Part shown: piece after piece, positions 27,243 through 35,947 of the stretch
How the letters are laid out: each line of letters opens with the position of its first letter
Position numbering within the stretch: position 1 is the stretch's first letter
Source: Bacteroidales bacterium UBA4070
GTDB lineage: Bacteria; Bacteroidota; Bacteroidia; Bacteroidales; VadinHA17
DNA: 64,000 nucleotides
Direction of reading: 5' to 3'
NCBI GenBank assembly: GCA_002383485.1
Contig: DFYY01000022.1
Span: forward strand, 91,575 to 155,574
The notes under the pieces: model-generated
Seen by the model: the letters and a program-made list of their open reading frames with translations, nothing else
Databases searched by the model: none
Told to the model about the DNA's origin: nothing
Translations under genes and position numbers: made by a program

Positions 27243-28772
27243 GTGCAGGAAAAGATACTGATCCTCGATTTCGGATCCCAATACACGCAACTGATTGCCA
27301 GGCGAGTAAGGGAACTGAACGTATACTGTGAAATTCATCCATATAACCATTTTCCGAAACCCGACAGCACTGTCAGGGGGGTAATCCTCTCAGGCAGTCC
27401 GTGGTCAGTCCGTGATGAAAAGGCCCCTTTTCCGGATCTTGCCGGAATCAAGGGACTGATACCTTTGCTGGGTGTCTGTTACGGTGCCCAGTACCTGACC
27501 CATATGTACGGAGGTGAGGTTCTGCCTTCAAACACCCGTGAATACGGCAGGGCGAAGCTGGTCTCGGCAGACCCGGCAGACCCTCTGTTCGCAGGTGTAA
27601 CCCCCGGCTCCCAGGTGTGGATGTCACACGGCGATACAATCGTCAGAATTCCTGAAAATTACGTAATCACCGGTTCAACCGGGGATGTCAGCGTGGCAGC
27701 ATTCAGAATCCGGGGCGAACAGACCTGGGGAATACAGTTCCACCCGGAGGTGTACCATACAACTGAAGGAAGCACGATACTCGGAAATTTCGTGAAAGGC
27801 ATATGCGGTTGCCCCGGCAACTGGACCCCTGAATCATTTGTGGAGATGACCGTTCGCTCACTGAGGGAACAGATCGGAGATGACAGGGTAGTGCTTGGTC
27901 TCTCCGGCGGAGTAGATTCATCCGTGGCAGCGATACTGCTTGACAGGGCCATTGGCGACAGACTGACCTCCATCTTTGTTGATAACGGGCTGTTGCGCAA
28001 GAATGAGTATGAGGCAGTCCTCGATGCATACCGGAGAATGGGCCTCAACGTTCTGGGGGTAAACGCCTCGGCAGAGTTTGTTGAGGAGCTTAGCGGGGTT
28101 AATGACCCGGAGACGAAAAGAAAAATAATAGGAAGGATATTTATTGAAGTATTTGACCGTGAGGCACATAAAGTGCAGAACGTAAAATGGCTGGCACAGG
28201 GAACGATTTATCCTGACGTCATTGAATCGGTTTCGGTTAACGGTCCTTCGGCAACAATCAAGTCGCATCACAACGTTGGCGGATTGCCGGAGAAGATGCA
28301 TCTGAAGGTGGTTGAACCGCTGCGGCTCCTCTTCAAGGATGAGGTGAGACGTGTGGGGCGGGCGCTCGACATGCCTGCCGAGATACTTGACCGGCACCCC
28401 TTCCCGGGGCCCGGGCTGGCTATCAGGATAGTGGGAGAGGTGACTCCTGCCAAGCTGGAGATACTTCGCGATGCGGATGAGATCTTTATATCGGGGCTCA
28501 GGAGGAGCGGCTATTATAATAAGGTATGGCAGGCCGCCGTGATACTCCTTCCCGTGCAGTCGGTGGGTGTCATGGGTGATGAGCGTACCTATGAGAATGC
28601 CGTGGTGCTGAGGGCCGTGACATCAACGGATGGCATGACGGCTGACTGGAGCCACCTGCCTCATGAGTTCCTGGCGGAAATCTCAAACCAGATCATCAAC
28701 AGGGTGAGAGGTGTCAACAGGGTGGTATATGACATCAGCTCCAAACCGCCTTCAACAATAGAATGGGAATGA
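27243..28772 (+). CDS. guaA: GMP synthase (glutamine-hydrolysing)
   Basis: GATase motifs are [20 protein letters not shown] and GVCYGAQ. The PP-loop is LSGGVDSSV and the C-terminus is ..PPSTIEWE. The start is GTG. Confidence 0.95.
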   Translation: MQEKILILDFGSQYTQLIARRVRELNVYCEIHPYNHFPKPDSTVRGVILSGSPWSVRDEKAPFPDLAGIKGLIPLLGVCYGAQYLTHMYGGEVLPSNTREYGRAKLVSADPADPLFAGVTPGSQVWMSHGDTIVRIPENYVITGSTGDVSVAAFRIRGEQTWGIQFHPEVYHTTEGSTILGNFVKGICGCPGNWTPESFVEMTVRSLREQIGDDRVVLGLSGGVDSSVAAILLDRAIGDRLTSIFVDNGLLRKNEYEAVLDAYRRMGLNVLGVNASAEFVEELSGVNDPETKRKIIGRIFIEVFDREAHKVQNVKWLAQGTIYPDVIESVSVNGPSATIKSHHNVGGLPEKMHLKVVEPLRLLFKDEVRRVGRALDMPAEILDRHPFPGPGLAIRIVGEVTPAKLEILRDADEIFISGLRRSGYYNKVWQAAVILLPVQSVGVMGDERTYENAVVLRAVTSTDGMTADWSHLPHEFLAEISNQIINRVRGVNRVVYDISSKPPSTIEWE

Positions 28773-28803
28773 TATTTGCACAGAGAAGAAGAAACGACAG
28801 GAG

Positions 28804-30411
28804 ATGTTTAAAAGACTAACAATTATATCTGCTGTGCTGCTGATTATGCATGGCACGGCACTCAGGGCGCAAGGCCTGACACAGGAGACGTTCAAGATCG
28901 GAAAGACGCTTGCCCTGCTCGAGGCAATTTATGTTGACAGTGTTGATATTTCGGCCCTGGCAGAGCAGATGATCATAAGCACGCTGCGCAATCTTGACCC
29001 GCATTCGGTTTACATACCTGCAAAGGATGTGCAGGAGGAGAATGAGCCGCTGCAGGGAAATTTCGAAGGGATAGGTATCCAGTTCAATCTATTGAATGAT
29101 ACAATTTTAATCATTTCACCAACACCCGGAGGCCCGTCGGAGAAGGTGGGAATACAGGCTGGCGACAGGATTATATCCATTGCAGGGGAGAAGGTGACCG
29201 GCGTCGGGATATCCACCACCGGGGTGCAGAAGCGGCTCAGGGGCGCGAAGGGGACGAAGGTGGATGTGCTGATTTTCAGGAAGGGTGAAAAGGAGTTGCT
29301 CAACTTCACCATCACGCGTGACAAGATACCGGTTAACAGCCTTGATGCTGCCTATATGGTATCGGATAAGGTTGGTTACATAAAGCTTAGCCGGTTTTCC
29401 GAGCAGACAGCCCTGGAGTTTGCCGGGGCAATTGAAAAACTTCGTGGCACGGGTCTGGAGCACCTGGTAATTGACCTTCGCGGCAATTCCGGGGGATACA
29501 TGATTCCGGCTGTTCAGATAGCTGACGAGCTGCTCTCCGGCGATGAACTTATCGTTTACCTTGAAGGTCTTCATACATCGAGGCAGGAATACAAGTCGGT
29601 TCCCTCGGGTTCGTTGACCCGTTCGCGGGTGGTGGTGCTGATAGACGAAGGATCTGCCTCTGCCAGTGAGATTCTGGCAGGAGCTCTGCAGGATTGGGAC
29701 AGGGGAGTTGTCATTGGCCGCAGGAGTTTTGGAAAGGGGCTGGTGCAGAACGGCTTCGGCCTGCCTGACGGCTCGGAAATAAGACTTACCATCGCTCGCT
29801 ATTATACCCCCTCCGGCCGGTCCATTCAGACACCTTACAACGAAGGGTTCGACAAGTATTTCCAGACCTATTACAAAAGATATTTCAACGGTGAGCTAAT
29901 TCATCCAGACAGTCTTAACCTGCCTGATTCGCTCAAGGCCTTCACGGTAAGGAACAAAAGGCTCGTATACGGTGGCGGCGGCATTTCCCCTGACATATTC
30001 ATTCCCATTGACACAGCCTACTATTCTGATTATTACCGTGACCTGATAAGGAGTTCAACACTCACCAACTACATGCTTGCCTACACTGATCTCAACCGCA
30101 GGCAGCTGACCCGCAGATTTAAAAGTTTTTCTGATTTCAGCAGGGGATTTGAGATTGACGGTGCGGCCATAGAGGAGATGAAAGCAGCAGGAGAGAAGAA
30201 CGGTGTTAAGTTTGACCAGGCGCAATATGATGTTTCGGCGCCGGAGATAAAGAGGATCATGAAGGCGCTGGTAGCGCGTGACCTGTGGGATATGAATGAA
30301 TATTTCATGGTTATCAATGAGGATGACTATGCAATTCTGAGGGCACTTGAAGTGCTGAATACCCCGGAGCTTTATGACCAGCTCCTGGGATTCCGGAAGG
30401 AGGTTCAATGA
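28804..30411 (+). CDS. S41 family C-terminal processing peptidase
   Basis: Signal peptide present. The PDZ segment is GPSEKVGIQAGDRIISI. S41 core motifs are RGNSGGY and DEGSASASEILAGALQD. Confidence 0.85.
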   Translation: MFKRLTIISAVLLIMHGTALRAQGLTQETFKIGKTLALLEAIYVDSVDISALAEQMIISTLRNLDPHSVYIPAKDVQEENEPLQGNFEGIGIQFNLLNDTILIISPTPGGPSEKVGIQAGDRIISIAGEKVTGVGISTTGVQKRLRGAKGTKVDVLIFRKGEKELLNFTITRDKIPVNSLDAAYMVSDKVGYIKLSRFSEQTALEFAGAIEKLRGTGLEHLVIDLRGNSGGYMIPAVQIADELLSGDELIVYLEGLHTSRQEYKSVPSGSLTRSRVVVLIDEGSASASEILAGALQDWDRGVVIGRRSFGKGLVQNGFGLPDGSEIRLTIARYYTPSGRSIQTPYNEGFDKYFQTYYKRYFNGELIHPDSLNLPDSLKAFTVRNKRLVYGGGGISPDIFIPIDTAYYSDYYRDLIRSSTLTNYMLAYTDLNRRQLTRRFKSFSDFSRGFEIDGAAIEEMKAAGEKNGVKFDQAQYDVSAPEIKRIMKALVARDLWDMNEYFMVINEDDYAILRALEVLNTPELYDQLLGFRKEVQ

Positions 30412-31544
30412 AGCTTCTTGCCAAGACACATTACGGCCTGGAGGAGGTGCTGGCGGAAGAGCTGAACGGATTGGGCGCTGCCGGCGTCATTGCCCTGAAC
30501 AGGGCCGTTGCCTTTGAAGGCTCGAAGCTGATGCTTTACACTGTCAATTACAGGAGTCGTCTTGCTCTCTCCGTGCTGATGCCGGTAGCTTCATTCGGGG
30601 TGGCCGGTCAGAAGGATCTGTATAACGGAGCCGTGGCTGTTGACTGGGATCATTACCTTGATCCCCGGATGAGCTTTGCCGTGACGGCCGTAGTAAATTC
30701 AAAGCATTTTGCCCACAGCGGATATGCCGGCCTGGTAGTAAAGGACGCAATTGCTGATTTCTTCCGCAGGCTGAACCTGGACAGGCCCTCCGTGGATGTC
30801 CGTGAGCCGGACCTCCTGGTAAACGTGCATATCAGCAATGACAGGGTTACCCTCTCTCTTGATTCTTCCGTTGTGCCTCTATACAAGCGCGGTTACCGGC
30901 AGGGGGGCGGAGAGGCACCGCTGAGCGAGGTGCTTGCCGCGGGGATGATTGCCCTCTCAGGATGGAAGGCTGATACGCCCCTCGCTGACGGCATGTGCGG
31001 CTCCGGGACCATTGTCGCTGAGGCCGGACTGATGGCTGGCAACATTGCTCCGGGGAAGTTCAGGAAGAGTTTTGGCTTCATGAGATGGAAGGATTATGAC
31101 GCGGCCCTGTTCCGGTCGGTGAAGTTCGATGCCGAAAAGCGCGAGCGAAAGTCGCCCGTGAAGCTGTCTGGGAGTGATATCTCTTCAGAAGCGTGTGCCA
31201 TCGCTCTGCGTAATATCAAGGCTGCGGGGCTGGAAGGTATGGCGGAGATTGAGGAGAAGGATTTTTTCGCTTCGCCGCCGCCTGCTGAAGAAGGTACACT
31301 TATCATCAACCCTCCGTACGGCCATCGTCTTGGATCGCCGGATATGGCTGAGTTTTACGGGAAGATTGGTACCACCCTCAAACACAGGTATGAGGGGTAC
31401 AGGGCATGGATTCTATCGGGTGACACTGCCGCCCTGAAGCAGGTTGCCCTGAAGCCGTCTCGCAAGTACACCCTGCTCAACGGCGACATTGAATGCCGGT
31501 ACCAGGGGTATGAATTGTATGGCGGGAGCAGGAAAAGGGTGTGA
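30408..31544 (+). CDS. THUMP-domain class I SAM-dependent RNA methyltransferase
   Basis: The SAM-binding segment is DGMCGSGT and the catalytic motif is IINPPYG. The start overlaps the previous stop (ATGA). Confidence 0.8.
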   Translation: MKLLAKTHYGLEEVLAEELNGLGAAGVIALNRAVAFEGSKLMLYTVNYRSRLALSVLMPVASFGVAGQKDLYNGAVAVDWDHYLDPRMSFAVTAVVNSKHFAHSGYAGLVVKDAIADFFRRLNLDRPSVDVREPDLLVNVHISNDRVTLSLDSSVVPLYKRGYRQGGGEAPLSEVLAAGMIALSGWKADTPLADGMCGSGTIVAEAGLMAGNIAPGKFRKSFGFMRWKDYDAALFRSVKFDAEKRERKSPVKLSGSDISSEACAIALRNIKAAGLEGMAEIEEKDFFASPPPAEEGTLIINPPYGHRLGSPDMAEFYGKIGTTLKHRYEGYRAWILSGDTAALKQVALKPSRKYTLLNGDIECRYQGYELYGGSRKRV

Positions 31545-31635
31545 TACCGTAAAATTGAGTGCGGTTAGTTGGGTATTCGCAACAATAATCTATTTTTGTT
31601 ACTCGTTCTAGCTTATATACTTTCACATAGGCCCG

Positions 31636-32190
31636 ATGAGCTTTGACCTTGAAAACCTTGTAAGCGACCTGGACATCAGGGGTGCAATCCTTTATTACAA
31701 GGGGAACGTTGAATCGGATACGATTACCAGAGCCCTGGACCTCGTGGAAAGAAAGTTGCTTGCTACGCGCGAAGCCCCCAGGCTGAGGAAAAAGGTCTAC
31801 AATGTGCTTGTGGAGAGCCTGCAGAACCTCTACCATCATTCTGACAGGGTGCCCAGGGGATACCATGCGGCAAGACCTGACAGGTTCGGGCTTGTGGTAA
31901 TGGAGAAGATAGGCAGTGGATACAGGGTGACGACATGCAATTTTGTGTCCGGTGTGAGAGTTAAAGAGCTTGAGGAGAAGTTGACAAGGATCAACCGTTC
32001 CACTCCCGAGGAGATCAAGGAACTCTACAAGGATATCCTTAATCACCAGGAGATAACGGAGAAGGGACTTGGCGGACTGGGGTTGCTTGACATTGCCAGG
32101 AAGACGGGTCACCGGATTGATTTCAGGTTTAAAAAATATGATAACCTGAATACTGCTTTCAGGCTTACTGCCGTAGTGGCACCATTATAG
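31636..32190 (+). CDS. SiaB-like small protein kinase
   Basis: 184 aa. The pattern ILYYKGNVESDTITRALDLVERKL...RLRKKVYNVLVESLQNLYHHS matches the SiaB family as I remember it, and the gene is paired with a DUF1987 gene. Confidence 0.65.
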   Translation: MSFDLENLVSDLDIRGAILYYKGNVESDTITRALDLVERKLLATREAPRLRKKVYNVLVESLQNLYHHSDRVPRGYHAARPDRFGLVVMEKIGSGYRVTTCNFVSGVRVKELEEKLTRINRSTPEEIKELYKDILNHQEITEKGLGGLGLLDIARKTGHRIDFRFKKYDNLNTAFRLTAVVAPL

Positions 32191-32220
32191 GAGACTAACA
32201 TAAACAGATATCAGAAAGCT

Positions 32221-32601
32221 ATGGAACCGATCATTATTGAAGGAACGCCGAAAACCCCGTCCATTAAGTTTGATGCCAGGGAGGGCGTATTTGAGATCAA
32301 GGGCAGGTCAATTCCCGAAAACTCGGTGGAGTTTTACAAGCCTCTCAATGAGTGGCTTGATCAGTACATGCAGGTACCTCTTGACAAGACTGTGGTTAAT
32401 ATCAGGCTGGAGTATTTCAACACCAGTTCCTCGAAGTGTATCCTTGATGTATTCAAGAGGCTGGAATCAATTCACAGGTCAAAGCATGATGTGGAGATAA
32501 ACTGGTTCTACGAGGAGGATGATGAGGACATGCTTGAGGCAGGCGAGGACTATGATTCCATCATCAAGGTCCCTTTCAAGATGATTGAGATTATTGAATA
32601 A
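32221..32601 (+). CDS. DUF1987/SiaC-like regulatory phosphoprotein
   Basis: 126 aa. The N-terminus is IIEGTPKTPSIKFDAREGVFEIKGRSIPENSVEFYKPLNEWL and the C-terminal half is acidic. Confidence 0.7.
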   Translation: MEPIIIEGTPKTPSIKFDAREGVFEIKGRSIPENSVEFYKPLNEWLDQYMQVPLDKTVVNIRLEYFNTSSSKCILDVFKRLESIHRSKHDVEINWFYEEDDEDMLEAGEDYDSIIKVPFKMIEIIE

Positions 32602-32640
32602 TACCCTGTAATCAGGGTTTAAGATCGGTTAAAATATTTA

Positions 32641-32682
32641 GCGGGGGTATCAGCCATACAGCTGATATCCCCGCTTTGTTTT
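32641..32682. terminator. strong bidirectional hairpin terminator
   Basis: GCGGGGGTATCAGC-cataca-GCTGATATCCCCGC forms a 14-bp stem with one mismatch, followed by TTTGTTTT. It lies between convergent genes. Confidence 0.7.
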
Positions 32683-32709
32683 GCTGTCGTATGCTGTTAT
32701 CAGCATCAG

Positions 32710-35700
32710 TTATCTCTTTTCGCATCTTTCACGCCTGTCCTTCATCACTCTCCTGAATTTTTCCGATGACTCCAGGATCCTGCGAAGAACCCTGAAATAG
32801 AGAAGTATGTAAAGAGCTGCCGTCATGACCCAGATAACAGCGGTATTGACTGCCATGGTGCCGGCATAAAGGCCGAAAACCTGCTTGCGCGGAGCATAGA
32901 AGTGCGCCTTGACCAGCGGATGAGGCGGGTCAAAGAATATCTGATCATAATTCTGGTAGAGCCTGTCGCGGTACCGTTTGATCTTGTCCTTCTCATTATC
33001 ATTCTTCACGAATTCCTCCAGAGACTCATTCGTGTACTGCTTTTTCATCCTTATAAAAGCATCCCTGTCAGTGCGCTCGAAAGCCATGATCTTCCGGTCA
33101 CGGGCCTGCACGGCATCCCTGGATACCTCTATATAATAACGCCTGACCTTCTCTATATAATCCCGTGCAGCAGCAATGGATTCCCTGGTTATTGCGTCAG
33201 GATTCAGCATGCCATGATCGAACGGGACTGCGGTTGTGAATTGTGCCTCTTCAATGATTTCGTTACGGATCAGCATCATATCATTCCTGTCAGGGTTACC
33301 GAGGCGCTCTCTTTCGATATTGCTATCGAGCCTGGAGAGGATGCTCTTCATCTCATTATACCATATGTCTTTCCGGAACTTGGCGATACTGATGACCTTG
33401 TCATAATCGTAGAATTGTTTCTCAAAGCGGTTGTTGATGAATTGTTCCACGGCCAGTGCCTCGTAGCCCCATCGTGCAGCAATAATCTCCCCGTAGAGGG
33501 GGATTGAGACAGGGGAGGAGATGTTCGGGTTCAGCTTGTCATATTTGACGATGATACCGCTGAGGATTATCTGGGGGATGACCAGGAACGGGATGAGGAT
33601 GTAGATGGTCACTACGGTCTTGAAGCTGTCAGAGATCAGCAGACCCATCATGTTTGAAGTGGCCCAGCAGGAGAAGAGCACCAGCCAGTACTCGAACCAC
33701 ATGCCCCTGATGCCGAGGATGGAGTTGCCAATGAGCACAAAGGAGGCTGCCTGGATGGCCGAGATCAGGAACTGAACCCCAATTTTGGACAGGAGGTAAC
33801 TATTCCAGCTCAGGTTCAGGAAAGCCTCGCGTTTAAGGATTTTCCTGTCTTTAATGATCTCTTCTGCACTGACAGTCAGACCCATGAAGATGGCCACTAT
33901 CACTGACATGAAGATGTATACCGGGAGGTTTGTGTTCTGCAGAAGGGTATATGAGGGAGTGCTTACACTCTCGTCAAAATAGCGTATTATGAAGGCCAAA
34001 AAGAGAGCCAGTACCGGTGCCTCCAGCAAGGTGATAACCATATACTGGGCATCGGAGAGCTTGGCAAGGATGTCGCGTCTGATAAAGACCGAGAACTGTT
34101 TCATCTTGCCCGGCGTCTTCAGGGTAATCTCAGGGATGCCATTGCCGGACCCGGGCCGGGGCGGCCTCTCATCCTTCCTTGAATTGAAGTGGTTGCTCCA
34201 CTCGGCAGGAGATACCTTGCGTGTCATGGTGGGACGGCCGAACTCGTCCAGCACCTTTGACTCAACAATACTGAAGATCTGTTCAGGGTTAACGTTTCCG
34301 CAGGCAGGACATTCACTGTCATTGTATTTCGGCAGATGCATCATGTCCTTAAAGTAACCTATGGCTCCCACGGGTATACCATAATAGATCATGTACCCTC
34401 CGGTATCAAGGAAGATAAGCCTGTCAAACATCTTGAAGATATCCGAGGAGGGCTGATGTATGACGACGAAAATCAGCTTGCCCTTAAGCTTCAGATCATT
34501 AAGCAGGTCAAGGATGTTTTCCGAGTCGAGTGATGAAAGTCCCGATGTGGGTTCGTCAAGGAACAGTATAGCTGGTTCCCTTATCAGTTCAAGGGAGATG
34601 TTGAGTCTTTTACGCTGTCCGCCGGAGATCTTCTTGTTGAGCGGTGAACCTACCTTCATATCCTTTATCTCATGCAGCCCGAGGCTGTGAAGCACCTCAT
34701 CAACTTTCCCTGCGATGGTCTCATTGTCAAGGTTGCCGAAGCACAGTTTGGCATTATAGAAGAGGTTTTCAAAGACAGTCAGCTCTTCTATAAGGAGGTC
34801 ATCCTGTGATACATATCCGATAAGGCCCTTTATCTTGTCCGCATCAGTATGAATATTGACCCCGTTAATCAGAACCTCGCCTGAATCGGGCTTGTTGGTT
34901 CCGTTGAGTACGCTCAGCAGGGTTGATTTACCGGCACCCGAGGCCCCCATGATGCCGACGAGTCGTCCTGACTCTTCTGCGAAGCTCATGCGGTGAAGTC
35001 CTACCTGTCCTCCCTTGAACTTGTACTCAATGTTATTCACCTCGTAAACCACCCTTGAGGCGAGGGCACTTTCATCAAGGAACTGCCTGATTACTTCAGA
35101 GTAGTATATGGGCTTGCTGTTCATGAATTTAAGTGATGCACCCCGCTCAAACAGGTAGACCTTGTCCTCATGCCTGAGCTGACCGCTGAGCAGCAGTTCG
35201 CCGGTGCCGAATGACCTGACGAACAGCATGTCTGCCTGCGGCAGGTTGAGTACTCTGACCTGCCCGCGGAAGGCATCGTTCACGATATGCCTTGTCTTTT
35301 CATATTTTGAAATTCGGTCGCTGTCGATTACAAGTACCTGTGATGACTCAAGCACCTCTTCCCGTGATGAGAGCACGAACTGCTGGATAAGCTGGTAATC
35401 CTCAGGGTTGATATTGAAGCCCTCGGCGGCGGTGATAATAAACTCCAGTTCCGTGCTGCTCACACCGTTGTTGTCTGAGCGGCAGTATTCGAGTAACTGC
35501 ACCAGCACAACTATCTTCTGGTTGAGCGTGAGCTGCATCCCTATATCAAAGCAGATCTTTATTATCCTTACCGAGATGGAGGAATTTCGGCGGGCTTCCT
35601 TACCCTTTTTAAGCCTCTCCTGGGCCTCCGCGTAATATTTCTCAAAGATTTTCAGGTATGCCTTTACCCCCTCCTGATTGAGATGTGGCCTGAGAAAGGC

Positions 35701-35820
35701 CTCAACGACCTGCCTCCTGTCGTTCTCATTACCCTGTGCCGGAGCAATGATGGCAAACAGGTGCATCAGTGTATTGAGTATCTTTTCGTTCATCCCGGAG
35801 AGGTCCAGTAACCTTGCCAC
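32710..35820 (-). CDS. large ABC-G-type ATPase/permease fusion with long N- and C-terminal extensions
   Basis: 1036 aa. Walker A is GASGAGKST, the signature is ISGGQRKRL and Walker B is LFLDEPTSGL, followed by an ABC-2-type multi-TM region. About 270 aa precede the ATPase and about 270 aa follow the TM block, ending in one more TM helix. Confidence 0.8.
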   Translation of the reverse strand: MARLLDLSGMNEKILNTLMHLFAIIAPAQGNENDRRQVVEAFLRPHLNQEGVKAYLKIFEKYYAEAQERLKKGKEARRNSSISVRIIKICFDIGMQLTLNQKIVVLVQLLEYCRSDNNGVSSTELEFIITAAEGFNINPEDYQLIQQFVLSSREEVLESSQVLVIDSDRISKYEKTRHIVNDAFRGQVRVLNLPQADMLFVRSFGTGELLLSGQLRHEDKVYLFERGASLKFMNSKPIYYSEVIRQFLDESALASRVVYEVNNIEYKFKGGQVGLHRMSFAEESGRLVGIMGASGAGKSTLLSVLNGTNKPDSGEVLINGVNIHTDADKIKGLIGYVSQDDLLIEELTVFENLFYNAKLCFGNLDNETIAGKVDEVLHSLGLHEIKDMKVGSPLNKKISGGQRKRLNISLELIREPAILFLDEPTSGLSSLDSENILDLLNDLKLKGKLIFVVIHQPSSDIFKMFDRLIFLDTGGYMIYYGIPVGAIGYFKDMMHLPKYNDSECPACGNVNPEQIFSIVESKVLDEFGRPTMTRKVSPAEWSNHFNSRKDERPPRPGSGNGIPEITLKTPGKMKQFSVFIRRDILAKLSDAQYMVITLLEAPVLALFLAFIIRYFDESVSTPSYTLLQNTNLPVYIFMSVIVAIFMGLTVSAEEIIKDRKILKREAFLNLSWNSYLLSKIGVQFLISAIQAASFVLIGNSILGIRGMWFEYWLVLFSCWATSNMMGLLISDSFKTVVTIYILIPFLVIPQIILSGIIVKYDKLNPNISSPVSIPLYGEIIAARWGYEALAVEQFINNRFEKQFYDYDKVISIAKFRKDIWYNEMKSILSRLDSNIERERLGNPDRNDMMLIRNEIIEEAQFTTAVPFDHGMLNPDAITRESIAAARDYIEKVRRYYIEVSRDAVQARDRKIMAFERTDRDAFIRMKKQYTNESLEEFVKNDNEKDKIKRYRDRLYQNYDQIFFDPPHPLVKAHFYAPRKQVFGLYAGTMAVNTAVIWVMTAALYILLYFRVLRRILESSEKFRRVMKDRRERCEKR

Positions 35821-35947
35821 AGGTCCTGAGAAATATATAACGGCATCGGATCACCTATATTATCCGGGGGCTGTCAATATGACATGAATCAGGCCGCCCG
35901 GAGGGTATGGCAAAAAAATTGAACAGAATATATAAAAGGTCGGAAAA

